Origin: Microgenomates group bacterium
Lineage (GTDB): Bacteria; Patescibacteriota; Microgenomatia; UBA10105; UBA927
Length of the DNA stretch: 41,155 nucleotides
Direction of reading: 5' to 3'
Assembly: GCA_049287205.1 (NCBI GenBank)
Contig: JBAQFJ010000001.1
Span: 1-41,155, forward strand
Of the stretch, positions 32,004 through 39,811 are shown piece by piece. Both the position numbers and the translations under genes were made by a program. The notes beneath the pieces are model-generated. The model did not search any database. It was not told where the DNA came from and saw only the letters and a list, made by a program, of their open reading frames with translations. Position 1 is the stretch's first letter. Every line of letters starts with the position of its first letter.

Positions 32004-32016
32004 AAGACGGACGCGT

Positions 32017-34077
32017 TCATTCGTATGCAGGAATCATTCTGATATATGACTGCAGCTCTCCCGGAAGCGGGAGATCAGGGAATATATCCATTTCCATTTC
32101 GCATGCTTCTCTCGGTGAGTCATATGTTTGGCACTGCACAAGGGTTTTCCATGCCTGTTCGTTGTTTTTGGCACTATATATATAATAGGAAGCTAATTCC
32201 CTATGAAACAGCCCCCAGCTGGGCGAGATGTCCCTTGCGAGGCTCCAGAGCTTTTCGGTCAATATAGGGGCAGTGGAGAGGCTGGAAAGGCCAATAAAAT
32301 ATAATGATCTCGATGCGACTTCTGGAAATGATGCGGTTCCCAAAAACTCTAAAAATATTTTTGGAGTTAGATAGGGAAGAATTGCGTTGTCTTCCACAAT
32401 AGAGCTGGCGTCGCCATCAGCTTTTGGTGTCATGTGACGCGCTTTTTTGATGAATCGTATAAAGACGTGGTGCATCTCTTCGAGTTTTTGTTGTTCATAG
32501 AGAAATGTCATATAGGATTGATAATAATAGGCATTCAGTGGATTGAGTGTGAGTGCAGTTTCATAATAGCGTATTCGTTCTTCGGGAAGTAGGATCACTG
32601 AGGCATTTGCCAGTGTGACTAATACGTCCGGATGTGCCCTGTGCCACCAGAGGATGGTTGTTTTTTCTTGCTTTGTGAGCGGCTGTCGTATGCTGTTTTT
32701 GTATTCTATGTAACGTTCGGTCCTGTTGATGTCATAAGGTTGGATGGCAAATCGTTTGCCTGCTGTCTCAATTGTGTTGAGACGTGTTGCTGCATACCAT
32801 GTTGTTCCTGCGTACACGCCAAGTATCAGAAGACTTGCAATGGTGATCCCCTTTGACAGCGCAGTATGTGTATTCTTTTTTTGCACATCAAGAAGGATGC
32901 CGACAGTACCCCACAAGAAGATCCATAACGTGAAATAATCCAAATTATATTCAAAGATGCTGTATGCAAGTGCGATGTAGACGGAATCGATGAGTCCTGT
33001 GGTTGCCCATGTCTTTGCCTTGTGTTTAGCAATGTTGTTTTTTCGTTTTTGCCACAATTTTTTTGTGACAAACAGGAGGATGATGCCAATCGGAACACTT
33101 CCTATAATGCCAACTTCTGAGAGTGTTTGGAGATACCAGTTGTGGGCAAACCCAGCGCCATCAACAGGCGTTTCGTGATGCCGCATGGACGTTAATATAT
33201 ATGTCCCCGGGCCCGTGCCAATAAGCGGGTGGGAGATGAATCCGGCAATTGCCTGTTTCCAATTGGAAAAACGCGCTTCGCGTATGGGTGTGCTTTTTGA
33301 CATCTGCGAAAATCCAAATGGGAGCGTCTGTATCTGTTGTTGTGTTTTCGGTGTAAGAAAGGAAGTGACAAACAACAACAATGTCACGCTGAAAAAGGCT
33401 GCAATAAGAATGCGGACAACTGCATGTATTTTTGTGTTCTTTGTCCGCATTGCTGTAATTACTATATAGGTTGCCGCGATGAGTGCTGCGCCTCTTGAAA
33501 AACAGAGGATAATTGCAAGCGGGAATAGTGCATAGGCAATATACTGTATTATTTTTTTCTTCTGATGCAGGGCATAGTGCACTGCGATTGGAAAACAGGT
33601 GACCAATAAATTCGCCGCCTGATTATGTCCCGAGTGTGAAAATATCAGATTCATTGCCGGTAGTAAGTCAGCAATCTTTGGAAAAAAACGTACGCATATG
33701 GAAAGGATGGCAATACTTGCGCCGATATACAATGCACCTTTTGCAAAAGGAACAATATATGATTCCTTTTTAGGAAGAGAAAAAAGCATGGCGAATATAC
33801 ACCATGCAGTGAGTGTTCGGAGGATAAAAGAAAGGGAATAGGCGGGACTTGCCGAATAGACAGTTGAAATACCTATGGTTACCAATACGGCAAGAAATAC
33901 CATTCCCCATGTATTCGGTACAAAAATGTGCAGACCTTTTTTGTATGTTTGTATACAGTACAGAAGAAATAATAGGAGGGTGAGCGCAGTCCAAACAACT
34001 TCAATAGTTCCTTGCCGCATCTCATTAAACCAGAGAGAAAAGAGAATGCTTCCAAGAAAAAAAATAATAAACGTCAT
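32017..34077 (-). CDS. O-antigen ligase / O-antigen polymerase family (Wzy_C-type) polytopic membrane protein with a TPR-like C-terminal region
   Basis: Family hallmarks are present: CFSRGAALIAATYIV, IGTGPGTY, and GFAHNWYLQTLSEVGIIG (like aHN.yLq.l.e.GiiG). There are at least 10 hydrophobic helices, and the C-terminus is TPR-like (YYETALTLNPLNAYYYQSYMTFLYEQQKLEE). I chose the start at ATG 34077 (MTFIIFFLG...). It lies 2 nt after the upstream stop, whereas the track's longer N-terminus overlaps the upstream gene. The stop is TGA at 32017-32019. Confidence 0.85.
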   Translation of the reverse strand: MTFIIFFLGSILFSLWFNEMRQGTIEVVWTALTLLLFLLYCIQTYKKGLHIFVPNTWGMVFLAVLVTIGISTVYSASPAYSLSFILRTLTAWCIFAMLFSLPKKESYIVPFAKGALYIGASIAILSICVRFFPKIADLLPAMNLIFSHSGHNQAANLLVTCFPIAVHYALHQKKKIIQYIAYALFPLAIILCFSRGAALIAATYIVITAMRTKNTKIHAVVRILIAAFFSVTLLLFVTSFLTPKTQQQIQTLPFGFSQMSKSTPIREARFSNWKQAIAGFISHPLIGTGPGTYILTSMRHHETPVDGAGFAHNWYLQTLSEVGIIGSVPIGIILLFVTKKLWQKRKNNIAKHKAKTWATTGLIDSVYIALAYSIFEYNLDYFTLWIFLWGTVGILLDVQKKNTHTALSKGITIASLLILGVYAGTTWYAATRLNTIETAGKRFAIQPYDINRTERYIEYKNSIRQPLTKQEKTTILWWHRAHPDVLVTLANASVILLPEERIRYYETALTLNPLNAYYYQSYMTFLYEQQKLEEMHHVFIRFIKKARHMTPKADGDASSIVEDNAILPYLTPKIFLEFLGTASFPEVASRSLYFIGLSSLSTAPILTEKLWSLARDISPSWGLFHRELASYYIYSAKNNEQAWKTLVQCQTYDSPREACEMEMDIFPDLPLPGELQSYIRMIPAYE

Positions 34078-34079
34078 TA

Positions 34080-35012
34080 TTAATGACAGCCTCTTTGTGC
34101 TGCAACTCCGGTTGCAAGCGTTGCACAGGCAGCGGTATAACAGGTGCCGCTTACATAGGAGCCGTTCATGCTGTATTTTGTTCCTGAACCGCCGCATGTT
34201 GCGGGAGGTGCAGTAAGCCATCCTGGGGTAACTGAGTAGTCGAGTGAGCAGCTGTTGCATGGATTGGTGCAGACATAGGTTGCCGCATTGATCCCTGTTG
34301 AATCCAATGTTTCAAGACTACTCGCATCACAGTCGTAATCATATCCGCCACATGTTGTCCTTGCTGTTGTAAAATAGGCGGTTTGTCCCGGTTTTGCGTT
34401 GGCATCTGTATCGCAACAATCTGTTCCGACGGTTGCGGATTGTGCTGGAGATAACCCCGCGCATGTGGTTGCGCCTCCGCAGACGGATTGTGAGGTGATG
34501 GAATAATAGGTATCACTGTCCGCGTCTGCGTAGCAGGTAAGTGCTGCAAAATAGGAAGCGCTTGCATCATTGCAATCAGATTGCCATGTGGCCGCACTTC
34601 GTACAATTGTTCCCGCTCCACAAGTTGTCGCTGTTAATGTTTGGTCACTGGCGGCGATGGAAGCAGGATATGTGTCGGCATCTCCGTCTGTGAGGCAAAT
34701 AGTTCTGCCAATCAACATATTACCGGTATCTATGATGGTGATCATTGCTCCTGTTGCGGTGATGACAAAGCTATTTCCTTGGTTGACTACAAGGTTTTGT
34801 CCGGCAAGAATAGTAAGAGTAACATCGGCGGCAATGGTGATATTCCCTCCGACTGCACCGTCGTTTGTTCCATCAAAGGTGCAACTTGAAGTAAGGGTTA
34901 TGTCTCCCGACTGTGCAGTAGCGCATGATGTTGCATGGGCGAACGAGAGTGGGAGGCAGAATCCAAGAAATACGAGCGCGATTGCTGTAAAAAACTGTTG
35001 TTTCCTGTTCAT
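34080..35012 (-). CDS. Secreted Cys-rich protein: signal peptide, beta-helix-like region and repeated MopE-type putative metal-binding motifs
   Basis: ATG 35012 gives MNRKQQFFTAIALVFLGFCLPLSFAHA, a signal peptide with an AHA cleavage site. Next comes GDITLT..GGNITIAADVTLTILAGQNLVVNQGNSFVITATGAMITII, which is parallel-beta-helix-like. After that are DGDADTY / DCNDASASYF / DADSDTYY / DCCDTDANAKPGQTAYF...YDYDCD, which match the D.DgDGy...DCdD.da...PG motif. Confidence 0.8.
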   Translation of the reverse strand: MNRKQQFFTAIALVFLGFCLPLSFAHATSCATAQSGDITLTSSCTFDGTNDGAVGGNITIAADVTLTILAGQNLVVNQGNSFVITATGAMITIIDTGNMLIGRTICLTDGDADTYPASIAASDQTLTATTCGAGTIVRSAATWQSDCNDASASYFAALTCYADADSDTYYSITSQSVCGGATTCAGLSPAQSATVGTDCCDTDANAKPGQTAYFTTARTTCGGYDYDCDASSLETLDSTGINAATYVCTNPCNSCSLDYSVTPGWLTAPPATCGGSGTKYSMNGSYVSGTCYTAACATLATGVAAQRGCH

Positions 35013-35013
35013 A

Positions 35014-35529
35014 TCATCGTAGTGTAATTTCAACAGTACCCTTTGTTATCGCATTTTTTGCTACTATTTTCAGATTGTATGTGTAAAGATATGTATCATT
35101 TATCACCCATCTGGCTTCCCATCGTCCTTTTTGTGCTGTGCCTTCAGCCAACGAAAACGTTACAGGTTGTTGTCCATGGTCGGTTAGTACAGTTCCTACA
35201 ACTTCAAGTACTCCGGTTTTGTCCGTTAAATCTATGCTGATGATTTGTGTTGTTCCTTTTGTCGGATCATACGGATCTAAATATCCACGGCTAAATGTCG
35301 GAGCGTTTGGCGTACTTCCTCCAACACTGAATCCGATTTTTCCATGCGGTATTGCCCGTGGAGTTGGGGTTGGTTTTGCTGTTGGCGCAATGGAGGTTGT
35401 CGCAGTTTTTTCTATTCGTTGTCTTCGCATATAGAGGTACGTGCCTGCCGCAATGAACAGAAGTACAAAGACAAAAAGAATAATGATTACCGGATGTATG
35501 AATGAAGCATCAGTTTTTTTAGTAACCAT
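35014..35529 (-). CDS. Small N-terminally membrane-anchored protein with a beta-rich extracytoplasmic domain (hypothetical)
   Basis: The ATG is at 35527-35529. There is a single TM helix, HPVIIILFVFVLLFIAAGTYLYM, followed by RRQR, a PT-rich linker, and then about 110 aa with alternating beta-strand-like patterns. The stop is TGA at 35014-35016. Confidence 0.75.
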   Translation of the reverse strand: MVTKKTDASFIHPVIIILFVFVLLFIAAGTYLYMRRQRIEKTATTSIAPTAKPTPTPRAIPHGKIGFSVGGSTPNAPTFSRGYLDPYDPTKGTTQIISIDLTDKTGVLEVVGTVLTDHGQQPVTFSLAEGTAQKGRWEARWVINDTYLYTYNLKIVAKNAITKGTVEITLR

Positions 35530-35576
35530 AATGAGGTAAAGATAAATAATAAAATCAATACACTATCCCTATGTTT

Positions 35577-35605
35577 ATAATGCTGATAAATAATGAAATT
35601 GTCAA
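35577..35605 (-). promoter_or_regulatory. Candidate sigma70-type internal promoter in the only sizeable intergenic gap of the operon
   Basis: On the minus strand there is a perfect -35 TTGACA (35605-35600), a 17-nt spacer, and then CATTAT (35582-35577; 4/6 to TATAAT). TATAAA lies 3 nt further downstream. This sits in the 116-bp AT-rich gap 35530-35645. Confidence 0.3.
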
Positions 35606-35645
35606 GAGAAAAAATACCCTGTTGGAACAAGAAAATATGTTGTAT

Positions 35646-37973
35646 TTATGATCGTTTTTTTCGAAGTATCAGCACACTTCCTACTGCTAGGATGACGAAG
35701 CCGGTGACAAACAGTAGTATTTTGGTGTTACTTGGTTTGTATATGAATTCCACAGTATATGTTCCTTGTTGTTCTACACGAACAGCTACGTAGGACGGGA
35801 ATACCTCTATGAGCTTCGCTTCTTTTCCATTGACGGTTACACGCCAATTTGGGTGATAGGTTTGTTTCAAGAGGATGACACAAGTAGGGCAGGGTTCTGT
35901 GACTTCAACCGTTGTTGTAAACACCATATCGTGGTTGTTTGTTTGTGATACCATCTGCATTGGTGGTTTTTCCATTTTTTTAGTGGTGTCTACATACATT
36001 GGCGGTTCAGCAAAGAGACTATGGAGTTTGTTGTCCGGAGTTTGGTAGGTGACGGGGTCGGTCATCTGAAAATGGGGGAGCATTGTGTTACCTTCAATAT
36101 TTTTTGTGATTTGCAGCTCGGGGAAAATGGCATTTTTCGGATCAGACGACTGAATCCAGAGGTGTATAAGGTTGATAAAATCTGTTTTTTGGCTTCCGAC
36201 GACTGACGGGGAATAGCCGACGCCAATATAACCGTTTGTTACAACTTCATAGAGCGTCCAGTGGTTTGTTGTCCGCAATTTTTTCCAAAAGTCTTGTGGT
36301 TTTTTGTCCGGTGGAGCGACGACATAGCGGATGTTATACAGATCATAGTGCACAGGATTTTCTTCGATGAAAAACTGTTCGGTGTCGGAATTCGGAGACC
36401 ATGTTTCAGGAAGCCACAGGACTGTTGGCATGCCATACGTTGAAAGTTGCATGTAATATGGGGAGGACGCAATTTGAAAATTACTTCCTTCAGACCCGCG
36501 GAGTGCATAGACACGACCTGCATTTGTCGTTTGTAACTTGGTAAGTGTCGTCATTAATAGATCCATGTCATCTTTTGCCTCTTCATATGCGCTGTTTCCA
36601 TTTGCGATGAGCGTATCGTTGTATTTGGCATACGAAATAATATGTGGGGTGAGTGTGAAATAAACTAATAAACCAATAAGCCAATAAATACCAATACTTA
36701 GTAAAGAATTTTTTGTTCGTAACAGTTTTGCAAGGGTGTTTGCTATCGTTTCAATCAGCCACACTATGCCAATTGGCGCCAAGAATAATCCCGCTAAGTG
36801 AAGGCCGACAATAAACCGATGGCCATGAAAATCGCTCATGCCTGGGATGAGATCTATGAGTCCGCCCCATGTTGTTCTTCCAAAAAATAGCACAAGAAAA
36901 AAGAAAAATAGTATGCCAAGCGGCTGCAATTGTTTGTTTGTTTCTTTTTGTGTGATAAGTGTGACACATATACCAATGATGATAAGGAGGGTCATAACAG
37001 GGAGTCTTCCGAAATCAAAGAGCGCGCCGCCAACAAGTTTTGTCACAACTTCTATGACGCCGAATGAATTAAATTTCCAAATTGGATCCCAGACTGAGGT
37101 GTTGTGATAGTCACTTTGGAGAACTATTGGGATGATCCAATACGAAAGGAGCACAAATGTCGGAATAATGAGTAGCATTGTTTGTTTAGCACTTGCTACT
37201 GTTTGTCTGAACAATTCTTTGGCGGAGTGTTTATCAAAAAATAGAAATACGACCGGAGAAAATGCGATGACAGCAACAGCCATCCATGCCATCATACCGA
37301 TACCTAAATGTCCTGCGGTAGTTGCTGTTAAGAATCCAATGGAGAGGAATAGATTTCGTTTTTTTTGTGTTTTTGATGTTGTATATTGAATTGCGGCGGC
37401 AACGGCAAGAGGGAACCAGATGAGTGCAAATAATTGGGAACTTAAGCCCCACCCGCGCCATAAAAATGAGGTCTGATCAATGCCGTATAAGCCGTCTGTT
37501 GAAATAAGGAGAGCAAAAAAAGAAGCAAGTCCAGCGGCAAGCCATGATAGGTTGAGCAAACGAAATGCAAGAAATAGCGTAAGCGGAATTGTGCAGAGCA
37601 AAAGATAAATCGTGGTGTGATAATACTGAAATAGTGAAATAGCGGTTGGAATGATATGCAGCGTCGTGAGCATTCGGTATGATCCGACAATCAGAATCTG
37701 TGGCACGTGGGAATAGTAATTTGGAAGATTATATCCTTCCGCCCAATTTGGTACCCAATGGTCGATGAGATAGGAAACATGACAAAGTACATTTCCATGA
37801 CATGTTGTTGTGGCATATTCCCATACGGTATTTGTCCGGTCAATCAGTGCGTATTGAAATGCGTTGTCATTTGGATCTATTTTTGCGGTTGGTTCACTTC
37901 GATACAGCCACAATGCAAATCCTGTTGAAAGGAGAAGTATAAGTATAGCAATCCATTTTTGTATGTGTTTCAT
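35646..37973 (-). CDS. YfhO-like / GT-C-fold polytopic membrane glycosyltransferase-like protein with a large C-terminal extracytoplasmic domain and a terminal TM helix
   Basis: There are about 13 or more hydrophobic helices in the N-terminal 450 aa. The C-terminal block QTYHPNWRVTVNGKEAKLIEVFPSYVAVRVEQQGTYTVEFIYKPS resembles the characteristic YfhO C-terminal pattern (Y.pgW.a.vdGk......n..f.gv.v..G.h.v.f.Y.p). A final TM helix is LLFVTGFVILAVGSVLIL. I chose the start at ATG 37973 (MKHIQKWIAIL...), 1 nt after the upstream stop. The stop is TAA at 35646-35648. Confidence 0.8.
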   Translation of the reverse strand: MKHIQKWIAILILLLSTGFALWLYRSEPTAKIDPNDNAFQYALIDRTNTVWEYATTTCHGNVLCHVSYLIDHWVPNWAEGYNLPNYYSHVPQILIVGSYRMLTTLHIIPTAISLFQYYHTTIYLLLCTIPLTLFLAFRLLNLSWLAAGLASFFALLISTDGLYGIDQTSFLWRGWGLSSQLFALIWFPLAVAAAIQYTTSKTQKKRNLFLSIGFLTATTAGHLGIGMMAWMAVAVIAFSPVVFLFFDKHSAKELFRQTVASAKQTMLLIIPTFVLLSYWIIPIVLQSDYHNTSVWDPIWKFNSFGVIEVVTKLVGGALFDFGRLPVMTLLIIIGICVTLITQKETNKQLQPLGILFFFFLVLFFGRTTWGGLIDLIPGMSDFHGHRFIVGLHLAGLFLAPIGIVWLIETIANTLAKLLRTKNSLLSIGIYWLIGLLVYFTLTPHIISYAKYNDTLIANGNSAYEEAKDDMDLLMTTLTKLQTTNAGRVYALRGSEGSNFQIASSPYYMQLSTYGMPTVLWLPETWSPNSDTEQFFIEENPVHYDLYNIRYVVAPPDKKPQDFWKKLRTTNHWTLYEVVTNGYIGVGYSPSVVGSQKTDFINLIHLWIQSSDPKNAIFPELQITKNIEGNTMLPHFQMTDPVTYQTPDNKLHSLFAEPPMYVDTTKKMEKPPMQMVSQTNNHDMVFTTTVEVTEPCPTCVILLKQTYHPNWRVTVNGKEAKLIEVFPSYVAVRVEQQGTYTVEFIYKPSNTKILLFVTGFVILAVGSVLILRKKRS

Positions 37974-37974
37974 A

Positions 37975-39810
37975 TTATGGAATAAGCTGCGGATGCAGCC
38001 AGTCTGCATGATCATCCGTATTCCCATCACCTGCGTCAGTTACTATTAATGTTAATTGTGACACACCGGTAATGGAAACTGTGACATGGATGGGATTATC
38101 ATATCGTTTTATGGCCTGCGACTGAAAAAGCAGGGTGTTGTCTCCATAAATTTCAAATACAACGCTAGCTTTCTGTCCTGCTTCGGTGTCAATTCCCATG
38201 TCTGTTTGAAATGTGCTGAAGCGTCTGCCAATGTCATACACGATGGTGCTATTTGCGTGGGTTCCCAGTCCTTTTTCATAGAACATATATTGTGTTGAAA
38301 GTCTGTCCCATGTTTTGGAATTATTTTTTTGTGCGTTAACGGGCATGTTCGTCGAAAGCATGCCGTATTCTTGTTTATGAATAAAGGGGGTGAGTTTGGT
38401 AAGCGAGATTGTTTGATTTCTCATCAGTGGGAGATTGAGAATGAAGAGCGTGCCGATACAAAAACAGCAGCTGATAATAAACGGTATTTTTGTGATGTCT
38501 CGTTTGTTTGCAAATAGAAAATATCCATATCCAAAAAGTAAGAGATACGAGATGGGAACGGTGTAGAAAGGGTTTTGTAAAAATGAGAGAAAGGTCAGTC
38601 CATTGCGGGGATAGTTGATGATGAGTGCTGTGTGCATATTTATGAAGTACAGCAATGTGAACAAAATATATCCAATTACTGTATATTGAAACATTCGAGT
38701 CTTCCAAAAGCTTTCACGTTCTTTGATGGTAGTCCTGCTAGCAAGGGCATGGGGTAACCAGAGAAGGAGAAAGACTATGATAGGGAATGCATACCGGTCA
38801 TGAGACTCGGTTTGGAAGAGAAAAAACCCACCAGCAGCGATTATTAATCCTAAGAAAAATGTGTAGACGATAGTGGTATTTTTTTTCTGGAGCATGGTAA
38901 GTGCAGCCAATGCATAGGAACTTGAAAATAACAGTAATCCAACAGTTTTTGCGTTGACGAGTCCAATGGCAAGGATCTTGTCTGAAACCTGCATGCCAAA
39001 TCCTTTGGCGACAATCCACCAGAGATTGTATGCGTTGAGGGAAAGATAGGGGAAGTAATCATAATTTGCAGTAAGAGATGTCATAACCTTGTCCATATTT
39101 TTGGAAAGTAAAAATTCAAGATTGAGCCCAAAAAATCCGACTGTTCCACCAATCAGTGCTTTTACTAATCCCTCACGGCCGAGGTATTGCCATGCAAAGA
39201 GAAAAAACAACGGTCCATAAATCATGTTTTGGAGTTTGGTCATGAGGGCGATCATATAGAGTAGACCTGCGAAGAACGGTTTTTTGGAAAGCAGGAGGAC
39301 GACGCTTCCTAAGAATAAAAATACGCCGAGTGAATCAACTTGTCCCCACACTGCGCTGTCTAATATCGATACCGGATTAAAGAGGTAGAGCGCTGTAAGG
39401 ATGACGTACAAGAGTTTAGGAAGTGTTGGAAACCCTAATTTTTTTGCGTTCTTTCCTATATAGATGATAATTGCCGCAATACCGAGATCCGCCAAAATCG
39501 CAGGAAGTTTCATGAGGGTTAAAAATAACAGGTTGGTGTTTGCCCAGAATTCGGCAAAGAGATGCGGATTTGCAAAGATACTGTATATGGCCGTAATTGC
39601 CCACAAAAGATAGCCAAACGGGGTGGGGTAATTGTTATTTGTGAGGGTCAGACCCTCGACAAGGCCGTGGTCATAGGGTGCAAGCCCCCATGATTTCCAA
39701 AATGAGATGTCTGCTTCAAATCCCGGGTTTGGCACAAAACAGAATCGTATTAGGAGTGCGATGAGAAAAAGAAACAAGAGAAACCAACGTTTGTGGAGTA
39801 GTTCATTCAT
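37975..39810 (-). CDS. GT-C-fold membrane glycosyltransferase (PMT_2/ArnT/Gpi18-like) fused to a C-terminal NPCBM carbohydrate-binding domain
   Basis: The N-terminal part is polytopic, with an acidic first loop (PNPGFEADISFWKSWGL) typical of GT-C enzymes. The C-terminal ~115 aa read GLGTHANSTIVYDIGRRFSTFQTDMGIDTEAGQKASVVFEIYGDNTLLFQSQAIKRYDNPIHVTVSITGVSQLTLIVTDAGDGNTDDHADWLHPQLI. This matches the NPCBM pattern (G.g.HA.S...y.l......F.a.vGiDd......V.F.v.gDg..l..S.........i.v.v.g...L.L.v.d.gdg...DhaDW..a.l). I prefer ATG 39810 over the track's TTG at 39822. Confidence 0.85.
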   Translation of the reverse strand: MNELLHKRWFLLFLFLIALLIRFCFVPNPGFEADISFWKSWGLAPYDHGLVEGLTLTNNNYPTPFGYLLWAITAIYSIFANPHLFAEFWANTNLLFLTLMKLPAILADLGIAAIIIYIGKNAKKLGFPTLPKLLYVILTALYLFNPVSILDSAVWGQVDSLGVFLFLGSVVLLLSKKPFFAGLLYMIALMTKLQNMIYGPLFFLFAWQYLGREGLVKALIGGTVGFFGLNLEFLLSKNMDKVMTSLTANYDYFPYLSLNAYNLWWIVAKGFGMQVSDKILAIGLVNAKTVGLLLFSSSYALAALTMLQKKNTTIVYTFFLGLIIAAGGFFLFQTESHDRYAFPIIVFLLLWLPHALASRTTIKERESFWKTRMFQYTVIGYILFTLLYFINMHTALIINYPRNGLTFLSFLQNPFYTVPISYLLLFGYGYFLFANKRDITKIPFIISCCFCIGTLFILNLPLMRNQTISLTKLTPFIHKQEYGMLSTNMPVNAQKNNSKTWDRLSTQYMFYEKGLGTHANSTIVYDIGRRFSTFQTDMGIDTEAGQKASVVFEIYGDNTLLFQSQAIKRYDNPIHVTVSITGVSQLTLIVTDAGDGNTDDHADWLHPQLIP

Positions 39811-39811
39811 A

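Noticed and set aside
34078-34260. Longer N-terminal extensions in the ORF track: 32017-34260, 34080-35033, 35646-38030, 37975-39822 (TTG start) and 39812-40051 (GTG start).
   Set aside because: The extensions overlap the preceding gene and encode non-membrane, Arg/Cys-rich junk ahead of obvious signal or TM sequences. Internal ATGs lie 1-2 nt after each upstream stop and give sensible N-termini.
32017-35016. An alternative genetic code with TGA as a sense codon (for example code 25 or code 4, as in some CPR lineages and Mollicutes).
   Set aside because: TGA terminates two genes. One of these (35014-35016) sits in the same stop-N-ATG junction as the TAA stops. The 10,657-codon frame contains no in-frame TGA, so the standard bacterial code fits.
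34166-35022. ORFs 34166-34621 (-), 34570-35022 (+) and 34641-34889 (+), which overlap the Cys-rich secreted protein gene.
   Set aside because: They are alternative frames of a region whose 34080-35012 (-) frame has a signal peptide, repeated Cys motifs and coupled junctions. The overlapping ORFs have no recognisable features.
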